Positions 25,901 to 37,700 of a DNA stretch of 64,000 nt are shown here, piece by piece (within the stretch, counting starts at the first letter, position 1; each line of letters begins with the position of its first letter). Position numbers and translations under genes: made by a program. The notes below the pieces were generated by a model. It was not told the DNA's origin and searched no databases. It was given only the letters and a program-made list of their open reading frames with translations. Source of the DNA: Eledone cirrhosa (taxonomy: Eukaryota); NCBI GenBank assembly GCA_964016885.1, contig OZ024743.1:130448001-130512000 (forward strand), given 5' to 3'.

Positions 25901-28187
25901 GTGCTTGGTGTTTGGTGTTTGCTGCTTGGTGTCTGGTGTTTGGTGCTTGGTGTTTGGTGTTTGGTGCTTGGTGCTTGGTGCTTGGTATTTGGTGTTTGAT
26001 GCTTGGTGCTTGGTGATTGTTGTTTGGTGCTGGGTGCTTGGAGTTTGGTGCTTGGTGCTTGGTGCTTAGTGCTTGGTGTTTGGTGTTTGGTGCTTGGTGT
26101 TGGGTGTTTGGTGTTTGATGCTTGGTGTGTGCTGCTTGGTGCTTGGTGCTTGGTGTTTTGTGTTTGGTGCTTGGTGCTTGGTGCCTGGTGCTTGGTGCTT
26201 GGTGCTTGTTGTTTGGTGCTTGGTGCTTGGTGATTAGTGTTTGGTGCTTGGTGCTTGGGGTTTGCTGTTTGGTGCTTGGTGCTTGGTGTTTGGTGCTTGG
26301 TGCTTGGTGTTTGGTGTTTGGTGCTTGGTGCTTGGTGTTTGGGTTTTGGTGCTTGGTGCTTGGTGTTTGGTGTTTGGTGCTTGGTGTTTGGTGCTTGGTG
26401 TTTGGTGCTGAGTGCTTGGTGTTTGGTGTTTGACGCTTGGTGTTTGATGCTTGTTGCTTGGTACTTGGTGTTTTGTGTTTCGTGTTTGGTGCTTGGTGTA
26501 TGTACTTGGTGCTTGGTTCTTGGTGTTTGGTGCTTGGTTCTTGGTGTTTGGTGATTGGTGCTTGGTCCATGGTGTTTGGTGCTTGGTGCTTGGTGTTTGG
26601 TACTTGGTGCTTGGTGCTTTGTTTTTGATGCTTGGTGTTTGATGCTTGGTGCTTGGTGCTTGGTGCTTGGTGTTTGGTGCTTGGTGTTCGGTGCTTGGTG
26701 CTTGGTGTTTGGTGCTTGGTGTTAGGTGATTGGTGCTTGGTGCTTGGTGTTTGATGTTTGATCCTTGGTGCTTGATGTTTGGTGCTTGGTGCTTGGTGTT
26801 TGGTGTTTGGTGCTTGCTGCTTGCTGCTTGGTGTTTGGTGCTTGGTGATTGGTGCTTGGTGTTGGGTACTTGGTGCTTGTTGTTTGGTGTTTGGTGCTAG
26901 GTGCTTGGTGCTTGGTGCTTGGGGTTTGGTGCTTGGTGCTTGGTGTTTGGTGTTTGGTGCTTGGTGCTTGGGGCTTGGTGTTTGGTGCTTTGTGCTTGGT
27001 GTTTGGTGCTTTGTGCTTGGTGCTTGTTGTTTCGTGCTTGGTGCTTGGTGCTTCGTGTTTGGTGTTTGGTGTTTGGTGCTTGGTGTTTGGTGCTTGGTGG
27101 TTGGTGCTGGGTGGTTGGTGTTTGGTGCTTGGTGCTTGGTGTTTGGTGCTTGGTGCTTGGTGCTTCGTGTTTGGTGTTTGGTGTTTGGTGCTTGGTGTTT
27201 GGTGCTTGGTGCTTGGTGCTGGGTGGTTGGTGTTTGGTGCTTGGTGCTTGGTGTTTGGTGCTTGGTGCTTGGTGCTTGTTGTTTGGTGCTTGGTGCTTGG
27301 TGCTTGGTCTTTGGTGCTTGGAGTTTGGTGGTTGGTGCTTGGTGCTTGGTGTTTGGTGTTTGGTGTTTGATGCTTGGTGTTTGATGCTTGTTGCTTGGTG
27401 CTTGGTGTTTTGTGTTTGGTGTTTGGTGCTTGGTGTATGTACTTGGTGCTTGGTTCTTGGTGTTTGGTGCTTGGTTCTTGGTGTTTGGTGATTGGTGCTT
27501 GGGGCTTGGTGTTTGGTGCTTGGTGCTTGGTGTTTGGTACTTGGTGCTTGGTGTTTGGTTTTTGATGCTTGGTGTTTGATGCTTGGTGCTTGGTGCTTGG
27601 TGTTAAGTGTTTGGGGCTTGGTGCTTGTTTCATGGTGCTTGGTGTTTGGTGCTTGGTGCCTGGTGCTTGGTGTTTGGTGCTTGGTGCTTGGTGCTTGGTG
27701 TTTGGTGCTTGGTATTTGGTGCTTGGTGCTTGGTGTTTGGTGCTTGGTGTTTGGTGCTTGGTGTTCGGTGCTTGGTGCTTGGTGTTTGGTGCTTGGTGTT
27801 AGGTGATTGGTGCTTGGTGCTTGGTGTTTTATGTTTGATCCTTGGTGCTTGGTGTTTGGTGCTTGGTGCTTGGTGTTTGGTGTTTGGTGCTTGGTGCCTG
27901 GTGCTTGTTGTATGCTGTTTGGTGCTTGGTGCTTGGTGTTTGGTGTTTGCTGCTTGTTGTCTGGTGTTTGGTGCTTGGTGTTTGGTGTTTGGTGCTTGGT
28001 GCTTGGTGCTTGGTATTTGGTGTTTGGTGCTTGGTGCTTGGTGTTTGTTGTTTGGTGCTGGGTGCTTGGAGTTTGGTTCTTGGTGCTTGGTGCTTAGTGC
28101 TTGGTGTCTGGTGTTTGGTGCTTGGTGTTGGGTGTTTGGTGTTTGATGCTTGGTGTGTGCTGCTTGGTGCTTGGTGCTTGGTGTTTT
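19978..28187 (+). repeat. Segmental duplication copy B of 1-8210
   Basis: Same order of rare variants at a constant +19,977 offset. Only isolated substitutions were seen, e.g. 1614 C vs 21591 G, 2604 A vs 22581 T, 7653 G vs 27630 T. Confidence 0.95.
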
Positions 28188-28770
28188 TTGTTTGGTGCTT
28201 GGTGCTTGGTGCCTGGTGCTTGGTGCTTGGTGCTTGTTGTTTGGTGCTTGGTGCTTGGTGATTAGTGTTTGGTGCTTGGTGCTTGGGGTTTGCTGTTTGG
28301 TGCTTGGTGCTTGGTGTTTGGTGTTTGGTGTTTGGTGCTTGGTGTCTGGTGTTTGGTGTTTGGTGTTTGGTGCTTGGTGCTTGGTGTTTGGGTTTTGGTG
28401 CTTGGTGCTTGGTGTTTGGTGTTTGGTGCTTGGTGTTTGGTGCTTGGTGTTTGGTGCTGAGTGCTTGGTGTTTTGTGCTTGGTGCGTGGTGCTTGGTGTT
28501 TGGTGTTTGGCGCTTGGTGCTTAGTGTTTGGTGTTTGATGCTTGGTGTTTGATGCTTGTTGCTTGGTGCTTGGTGTTTTGTGTTTGGTGTTTCGTGCTTG
28601 GTGTATGTACTTGTTGCTTGGTTCTTGGTGTTTGGTGCTTGGTTCTTGGTGTTTGGTGATTGGTGCTTGGTGCTTGGTGTTTGGTGCTTGGTGCTTGGTG
28701 TTTGGTACTTGGTGCTTGGTGTTTGGTTTTTGATGCTTGGCGTTTGATGCTTGGTGCTTGGTGCTTGGTG
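27807..28770 (+). repeat. Higher-order copy of about 23539-24500 (offset 4268)
   Basis: ORF pairs 23539/27807, 23882/28150, 24274/28542. Shared rare variants include TTGGCGC, GTGGTGC, ATGTAC-TTGTTGC and the 8-bp unit TTAAGTGT. Confidence 0.85.
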
Positions 28771-31700
28771 TTTAAGTGTTTGGGGCTTGGTGCTTGGTGC
28801 ATGGTGCTTGGTGTTTGGTGCTTGGTGCCTGGTGCTTGGTGTTTGGTGCTTGGTGCTTGGTGCTTGGTGTTTGGTGCTTGGTATTTGGTGCTTGGTGCTT
28901 GGTGTTTGGTGCTTGGTGTTTGGTGCTTGGTGTTCGGTGCTTGGTGCTTGGTGTTTGGTGTTTGGTGCTTGGTGCTTGGGGCTTGGTGTTTGGTGCTTTG
29001 TGCTTGGTGCTTGGTGTTTGGTGCTTGGTGCTTGGTGCTTCGTGTTTGGTGTTTGGTGTTTGGTGCTTGGTGTTTGGTGCTTGGTGCTTGGTGCTGGGTG
29101 GTTGGTGTTTGGTGCTTGGTGCTTGGTGTTTGGTGCTTGGTGGTTGGTGCTTGGGGTTTGGTGCTTGGTGCTTGGTGCTTGGTGCTTGGTCTTTGGTGCT
29201 TGGTGTTTGGTGTTTGGTGCTTGGTGCTTGGTGTTTGATGCTTGGTGCTTGGTGATTGGTGTTTGGTGCTTGGTGCTTGGTGCTTGGTGATTAGTGTTTG
29301 GTGCTTGGTGCTTGGTGCCTGGTGCTTGGTGCTTGGTGCTTGTTGTTTGATGCTTGGTGCTTGGTGATTAGTGTTTGGTGCTTGGTGCTTGGGGTTTGGT
29401 GTTTGGTGCTTGGGGTTTGGTGTTTGGTGCTTGGTGCTTGGTGTTTGGTGCTTGGTGCTTGGTGTTTGGTGCTTGGTGCTTTGTGTTTGATGCTTGGTGT
29501 TTGGTGCTTGGTGCTTGATGCTTGGTGCTTGGTGTTAGGTGTTTGGTGCTTGGTGCTTGGTGTTTGATGTTTGGTCCTTGGTGCTTGGTGTTTGGTGTTT
29601 GGTGCTTGGTGCTAGGTGTTTTGTGTGTGGTGCTTGCTGCTTGGTGCTTGGTGTTTTGTGTTAGGAGTTTGGTGCTTGATGTTTGGTGCTTCGGTCTTGG
29701 TGCTTGGTGTTTGGTGTTTGGTGTTTGGTGTATGGTGCTTGGTGCTTGGTGTTTGGTGCTTCGTGCTTGGTGCTTGGTGTTTGGTGCATGGTGCTTGGTG
29801 TTTGGGGCTTGGTGCCTGGTGCTTTGTGTTTGCTGCTAGGTGCTTGGTGCTTGGTGTTAGGCGTTTGGTGCTTGGTGCTTGGTGTTTGATGTTTGGTCCT
29901 TGGTGCTTGGTGTTTGGTATTTGGTGCTTGGTGCTTGGTGTTTGGTGTTTGGTGCTTGCTGCTTGCTGCTTGGTGTTTGGTGCTTGGTGATTGGTGCTTG
30001 GTGTTTTGTGCTTGGTGCTTGGTGTTTGGTGTTTGGTGCTAGGGGCTTGGTGCTTGGTGCTTGGTGTTTGGTGCTTGGTGCTTGGTGTTTGGTGTTTGGT
30101 GCTTGGTGCGTGGGACTTGGTGTTTTGTGCTTGGTGTTTGGTGCTTGGTGCTTGGTGCTTGGTGTTTGATGTTTGATCCTTGGTGCCTGGTGTTTGGTGC
30201 TTGGTGCTTGGTGTTTGGTGTTTGGTGCTTGCTGCTTGCTGCTTGGTGTTTGGTGCTTGGTGATTGGTGCTTGGTGTTGGGTACTTGGTGCTTGTTGTTT
30301 GGTGTTTGGTGCTAGATGCTTGGTGCTTGGTGCTTGGGGTTTGGTGCTTGGTGCTTGGTGTTTGGTGTTTGGTGCTTGGTGCTTGGGGCTTGGTGTTTGG
30401 TGCTTTGTGCTTGGTGCTTGTTGTTTCGTGCTTGGTGCTTGGTGCTTCGTGTTTGGTGTTTGGTGTTTGGTGCTTGGTGTTTGGTGCTTGGTGGTTGGTG
30501 CTGGGTGGTTGGTGTTTGGTGCTTGGTGCTTGGTGTTTGGTGCTTGGTGCTTGGTGCTTGTTGTTTGGTGCTTGGAGTTTGGTGGTTGGTGCTTGGTGCT
30601 TGGTGTTTGGTGTTTGGTGTTTGCTGTTTGGTGTTTGCTGTTTGGTGTCTGCTTTTTGGTGTTTGGTGTTTGCTGTATGGTGTTTGCTGTTTCGTATTTG
30701 GTTTTTGCTGTTTGGTGTTTGGTGTTTGCTGTTTGGTGTTTGGTGTTTGGTGTTTGGTGCTTTGTGCTTGGTGCTTGGTGTTTGGTGTTTGGTGCTTGGT
30801 GCTTGGTGTTTGGTGCTTGGTGCTTGGTGTTTGGTGTTCGGTGCTTGGTGCCTGGTGCTTGTTGTATGCTGTTTGGTGCCTGGTGCTTGGTGTTTGGTGT
30901 TTGGTGTTTGGTGCTTGGTGTCTGGTGTTTGGTGTTTGGTGTTTGGTGCTTGGTGCTTGGTGTTTGGGTTTTGCTGCTTGGTGCTTGGTGTTTGGTGTTC
31001 GGTGCTTGGTGTTTGGTGCTTGGTGTTTGGTGCTGAGTGCTTGGTGTTTTGTGCTTGGTGCGTGGTGCTTGGTGTTTGGTGTTTGGTGTTTGATGCTTGG
31101 TGTTTGATGCTTGTTGCTTGGTGCTTGGTGTTTTGTGTTTGGTGTTTGGTGCTTGGTGTATGTACTTGGTGCTTGGTTCTTGGTGTTTGGTGCTTGGTTC
31201 TTGGTGTTTGGTGATTGGTGCTTGGGGCTTGGTGTTTGGTGCTTGGTGCTTGGTGTTTGGTACTTGGTGCTTGGTGTTTGGTTTTTGATGCTTGGTGTTT
31301 GATGCTTGGTGCTTGGTGCTTGGTGTTAAGTGTTTGGGGCTTGGTGCTTGTTGCATGGTGCTTGGTGTTTGGTGCTTGGTGCCTGGTGCTTGGTGTTTGG
31401 TGCTTGGTGCTTGGTGCTTGGTGTTTGGTGCTTGGTATTTGGTGCTTAGTGCTTGGTGTTTGGTGCTTGGTGTTTGGTGCCTGGTGTTCGGTGCTTGGTG
31501 CTTGGTGTTTGGTGCTTGGTGTTAGGTGATTGGTGCTTGGTGCTTGGTGTTTTATGTTTGATCCTTGGTGCTTGGTGTTTGGTGCTTGGTGCTTGGTGTT
31601 TGGTGTTTGGTGCTTGGTGCCTGGTGCTTGTTGTATGCTGTTTGTTGCTTGGTGCTTGGTGTTTGGTGTTTGCTGCTTGTTGTCTGGTGTTTGGTGCTTG

Positions 31701-34700
31701 GTGTTTGGTGTTTGGTGCTTGGTGCTTGGTGCTTGGTATTTGGTGTTTGGTGCTTGGTGCTTGGTGTTTGTTGTTTGGTGCTGGGTGCTTGGAGTTTGGT
31801 TCTTGGTGCTTGGTGCTTAGTGCTTGGTGCTTGCTGTTTGGTGCTTGGTGTTGGGTGTTTGGTGTTTGATGCTTGGTGTGTGCTGCTTGGTGCTTGGTGC
31901 TTGGTGTTTTTTGTTTGGTGCTTGGTGCTTGGTGCCTGGTGCTTGGTGCTTGGTGCTTGTTGTTTGGTTCTTGGTGCTTGGTGATTAGTGTTTGGTGCTT
32001 GGTGCTTGGGGTTTGCTGTTTGGTGCTTGGTGCTTGGTGTTTGGTTTTTTTGTGTTTGGTGCTTGGTGTCTGGTGTTTGGTGTTTGGCGTTTGGTGCTTG
32101 GTGCTTGGTGTTTGGGTTTTGGTGCTTGGTGCTTGGTGTTTGGTGTTTGGTGCTTGGTGTTTGGTGCTTGGTGTTTGGTGCTGAGTGCTTGGTGTTTTGT
32201 GCTTGGTGCGTGGTGCTTGGTGTTTGGTGTTTGGCGCTTGGTGCTTGGTGTTTGGTGTTTGATGCTTGGTGTTTGATGTTTGTTGCTTGGTGCTTGGTGT
32301 TTTGTGTTTGGTGTTTCGTGCTTGGTGTATGTACTTGTTGCTTGGTTCTTGTTGTTTGGTGCTTGGTTCTTGGTGTTTGGTGCTTGGTGCCTGGTGCTTG
32401 TTGTATGCTGTTTGGTGCTTGGTGCTTGGTGTTTGGTGTTTGCTGCTTGGTGTCTGGTGTTTGGTGCTTGGTGTTTGGTGTTTGGTGCTTGGTGCTTGGT
32501 GCTTGGTATTTGGTGTTTGGTGCTTGGTGCTTGGTGATTGTTGTTTGGTGCTGGGTGCTTGGAGTTTGGTGCTTGGTGCTTGGTGCTTAGTGCTTGGTGT
32601 TTGGTGTTTGGTGCTTGGTGTTGGGTGTTTGGTGTTTGATGCTTGGTGTGTGCTGCTTGGTGCTTGGTGCTTGGTGTTTTGTGTTTGGTGCTTGGTGCTT
32701 GGTGCCTGGTGCTTGGTGCTTGGTGCTTGTTGTTTGGTGCTTGGTGCTTGGTGATTAGTGTTTGGTGCTTGGTGCTTGGGGTTTGCTGTTTGGTGCTTGG
32801 TGCTTGGTGTTTGGTGCTTGGTGCTTGGTGTTTGGTGTTTGGTGCTTGGTGCTAGGTGTTTGGGTTTGGTGCTTGGTGCTTGGTGTTTGGTGTTTGGTGC
32901 TTGGTGTTTGGTGCTTGGTGTTTGGTGCTGAGTGCTTGGTGTTTGGTGTTTGACGCTTGGTGTTTGATGCTTGTTGCTTGGTGCTTGGTGTTTTGTGTTT
33001 GGTGTTTGGTGCTTGGTGTATGAACTTGGTGCTTGGTTCTTGGTGTTTGGTGCTTGGTTCTTGGTGTTTGGTGATTGGTGCTTGCTGCTTGGTGTTTGGT
33101 GCTTGGTGCTTGGTGTTTGGTACTTGGTGCTTGGTGTTTGGTTTTTGATGCTTGGTGTTTGATGCTTGGTGCTTGGTGCTTGGTGTTAAGTGTTTGGGGC
33201 TTGGTGCTTGGTGCATGGTGCTTGGTGTTTGGTGCTTGGTGCCTGGTGCTTGGTGTTTGGTGCTTGGTGCTTGGTGCTTGGTGTTTGGTGCTTGGTATTT
33301 GGTGCTTGGTGCTTGGTGTTTGGTGCTTGGTGTTTGGTGCTTGGTGTTCGGTGCTTGGTGCTTGGTGTTTGGTGCTTGGTGTTAGGTGATTGGTGCTTGG
33401 TGCTTGGTGTTTGATGTTTGATCCTTGGTGCTTGGTGTTTGGTGCTTGGTGCTTGGTGTTTGGTGTTTGGTGCTTGCTGCTTGCTGCTTGGTGTTTGGTG
33501 CTTGGTGATTGGTGCTTGGTGTTGGGTACTTGGTGCTTGTTGTTTGGTGTTTGGTGCTAGGTGCTTGGTGCTTGGTGCTTGGGGTTTGGTGCTTGGTGCT
33601 TGGTGTTTGGTGTTTGGTGCTTGGTGCTTGGGGCTTGGTGTTTGGTGCTTTGTGCTTGGTGCTTGTTGTTTGTTGCTTGGTGCTTGGTGCTTCGTGTTTG
33701 GTGTTAGGTGTTTGGTGCTTGGTGTTTGGTGCTTGGTGGTTGGTGCTGGGTGGTTGGTGTTTGGTGCTTGGTGCTTGGTGTTTGGTGCTTGGTGCTTGGT
33801 GCTTGTTGTTTGGTCTTTGGTGCTTGGAGTTTGGTGGTTGGTGCTTGGTGCTTGGTGTTTGGTGTTTGGTGTTTGCTGTTTGGTGTTTGCTGTTTGGTGT
33901 CTGCTTTTTGGTGTTTGGTGTTTGCTGTATGGTGTTTGCTGTTTCGTATTTGGTTTTTGCTGTTTGGTGTTTGGTGTTTGCTGTTTGGTGTTTGGTGTTT
34001 GGTGTTTGGTGCTTTGTGCTTGGTGCTTGGTGTTTGGTGTTTGGTGCTTGGTGCTTGGTGTTTGGTGCTTGGTGCTTGGTGTTTGGTGTTTGGTGCTTGG
34101 TGCCTGGTGCTTGTTGTATGCTGTTTGGTGCCTGGTGCTTGGTGTTTGGTGTTTGGTGTTTGGTGATTGGTGTCTGGTGTTTGGTGTTTGGTGTTTGGTG
34201 CTTGGTGCTTGGTGTTTGGGTTTTGGTGCTTGGTGCTTGGTGTTTGGTGTTTGGTGCTTGGTGTTTGGTGCTTGGTGTTTGGTGCTGAGTGCTTGGTGTT
34301 TTGTGCTTGGTGTGTGGTGCTTGGTGTTTGGTGTTTGGTGCTTGGTGCTTGGTGTTTGGTGTTTGATGCTTGGTGTTTGATGCTTGTTGCTTGGTGCTTG
34401 GTGTTTTGTGTTTGGTGTTTGGTGCTTGGTGTATGTACTTGGTGCTTGGTTCTTGGTGTTTGGTGCTTGGTTCTTGGTGTTTGGTGATTGGTGCTTGGGG
34501 CTTGGTGTTTGGTGCTTGGTGCTTGGTGTTTGGTACTTGGTGCTTGGTGTTTGGTTTTTGATGCTTGGTGTTTGATGCTTGGTGCTTGGTGCTTGGTGTT
34601 AAGTGTTTGGGGCTTGGTGCTTGTTGCATGGTGCTTGGTGTTTGGTGCTTGGTGCCTGGTGCTTGGTGTTTGGTGCTTGGTGCTTGGTGCTTGGTGTTTG

Positions 34701-37700
34701 GTGCTTGGTATTTGGTGCTTGGTGCTTGGTGTTTGGTGCTTGGTGTTTGGTGCTTGGTGTTCGGTGCTTGGTGCTTGGTGTTTGGTGCTTGGTGTTAGGT
34801 GATTGGTGCTTGGTGCTTGGTGTTTTATGTTTGATCCTTGGTGCTTGGTGTTTGGTGCTTGGTGCTTGGTGTTTGGTGTTTGGTGCTTGGTGCCTGGTGC
34901 TTGTTGTATGCTGTTTGGTGCTTGGTGCTTGGTGTTTGGTGTTTGCTGCTTGTTGTCTGGTGTTTGGTGCTTGGTGTTTGGTGTTTGGTGCTTGGTGCTT
35001 GGTGCTTGGTATTTGGTGTTTGGTGCTTGGTGCTTGGTGTTTGTTGTTTGGTGCTGGGTGCTTGGAGTTTGGTTCTTGGTGCTTGGTGCTTAGTGCTTGG
35101 TGTTTGGTGTTTGGTGCTTGGTGTTGGGTGTTTGGTGTTTGATGCTTGGTGTGTGCTGCTTGGTGCTTGGTGCTTGGTGTTTTTTGTTTGGTGCTTGGTG
35201 CTTGGTGCCTGGTGCTTGGTGCTTGGTGCTTGTTGTTTGGTGCTTGGTGCTTGGTTATTAGTGTTTGGTGCTTGGTGCTTGGGGTTTGCTGTTTGGTGCT
35301 TGGTGCTTGGTGTTTGGTGTTTGGTGTTTGGTGCTTGGTGTCTGGTGTTTGGTGTTTGGTGTTTGGTGCTTGGTGCTTGGTGTTTGGGTTTTGGTGCTTG
35401 GTGCTTGGTGTTTGGTGTTTGGTGCTTGGTGTTTGGTGCGGAGTGCTTGGCGTTTTGTGCTTGGTGCGTGGTGCTTGGTGTTTGGTGTTTGGCGCTTGGT
35501 GCTTGGTGTTTGGTGTTTGATGCTTGGTGTTTGATGCTTGTTGCTTGGTGCTTGGTGTTTTGTGTTTGGTGTTTCGTGCTTGGTTTATGTACTTGTTGCT
35601 TGGTTCTTGGTGTTTGGTGTTTGGTTCTTGGTGTTTGGTGATTGGTGCTTGTTGCTTGGTGTTTGGTGCTTGGTGCTTGGTGTTTGGTACTTGGTGCTTG
35701 GTATTTGGTTTTTGATGCTTGGTGTTTGATGCTTGGTGCTTGGTGCTTGGTGTTTAAGTGTTTGGGGCTTGGTGCTTGGTGCATGGTGCTTGGTGTTTGG
35801 TGCTTGGTGCCTGGTGCTTGGTGTTTGGTGCTTGGTGCTTGGTGCTTGGTGTTTGGTGCTTCGTATTTGGTGCTTGGTGCTTGGTGTTTGGTGCTTGGTG
35901 TTTGGTGCTTGGTGTTCGGTGCTTGGTGCTTGGTGTTTGGTGCTTGGTGTTAGGTGATTGGTGCTTGGTGCTTGGTGTTGGATGTTTGATCCTTGGTGCT
36001 TGGTGTTTGGTGCTTGGTGCTTGGTGTTTGGTGTTTGGTGCTTGTTGCTTGCTGCTTGGTGTTTGGTGCTTGGTGATTGGTGCTTGGTGCTTGGTGCTTG
36101 GTGTTTGGTGCTTGGTGCTTGGTGCTTCGTGTTTGGTGTTTGGTGTTTGGTGCTTGGTGTTTGGTGCTTGGTGCTTGGTGCTGGGTGGTTGGTGTTTGGT
36201 GCTTGGTGCTTGGTGTTTGGTGCATGGTGGTTGGTGCTTGGGGTTTGGTGCTTGGTGCTTGGTGCTTGGTGCTTGGTCTTTGGTGCTTGGTGTTTGGTGT
36301 TTGGTGCTTGGTGCTTGGTGTTTGATGCTTGGTGCTTGGTGATTGGTGTTTGGTGCTTGGTGCTTGGTGCTTGGTGATTAGTGTTTGGTGCTTGGTGCTT
36401 GGTGCCTGGTGCTTGGTGCTTGGTGCTTGTTGTTTGATGCTTGGTGCTTGGTGATTAGTGTTTGGTGCTTGGTGCTTGGGGTTTGGTGTTTGGTGCTTGG
36501 GGTTTGGTGTTTGGTGCCTGGTGCTTGGTGTTTGGTGCTTGGTGCTTGGTGTTTGGTGCTTGGTGCTTTGTGTTTGATGCTTGGTGTTTGGTGCTTGGTG
36601 CTTGATGCTTGGTGCTTGGTGTTAGGTGTTTGGTGCTTGGTGCTTGGTGTTTGATGTTTGGTCCTTGGTGCTTGGTGTTTGGTGCTTGGTGCTTGGTGTT
36701 TGGTGTTTGGTGCTTGCTGCTTGGTGCTTGGTGCTTGTTGTTTGGTGCTTGGTGCTTGGTCTTTGGTGCTTGGTGTTTGGTGTTTGGTGCTTGGTGCTTG
36801 GTGCTTGGTTTTTGGTGCATGGTGCTTGGTGCTTGGTGTTTGGTGCTTGGTGCTTGGTGCTTGTTGTTTGGTGCTTGGTGCTTGGTGCTTGGTCTTTGGT
36901 GCTTGGTGTTTGGTGTTTGGGGCTTGGTGCTTGGTGTTTGGTGCTTGGTGCCTGGTGCTTGGTGTTTGGTGCTTGGTGCTTGGTGTTTGGTGATTGGTGC
37001 TTGGTGCTTGGTGCTTAGAGCTTGGTGTTTGGTGTTTGGTGCTTGGTGTTTGGTGTTTGATGCTTGGTGCTTGGTGCTTGGTGCTTGGTGCTTGGTGTTC
37101 TGTGTTTGGTGCTTGGTGCTTGGTGCTTGTTGTTTGGTGCTTGGTGCTTGGTGATTAGTCTTTGGTGCTTGGTGCTTGGTATTTGGTGTTTGGTGTTTCG
37201 TGATTGGGGTCTAGTGTTTGGGTTTTCGTGTTTGGTGCTGGGTGTATGGTGTTTGGTGCTTGGTGCTTGGTGCTTGGTGTTTGTTGTTTGGTGCTTGGTA
37301 CTTGGTGTTTGGTGTTTGATGCTTGGTGTTTGATGCTTGTTGCTTGGTGCTTGGTGTTTTGTGTTTGGTGTTTGGTGCTTGGTGTATGTACTTGGTGCTT
37401 GGTGTTTGGTGCTTGGTTCTTGGTGTTTGGTGCTTGGTGCTTGGTGCTTGGTGTTTGGTGCTTGGTGCTTGGTGTTTGGTGTTTGGTGCTAGGGGCTTGG
37501 TGCTTGGTGCTTGGTGTTTGGTGCTTGGTGCTTGGTGTTTGGTGTTTGGTGCTTGGTGCGTGGGACTTGGTGTTTGGTGCTTGGTGTTTGGTGCTTGGTG
37601 TTTGGTGCTTGGTGCTTGGTGCTTGGTGTTTGGTGTTTGGTGCTTGGTATTTGGTGATTGGTGCTTGGTGCTTGGTGTTTGGTGCTTGGTGCTTGGTGTT

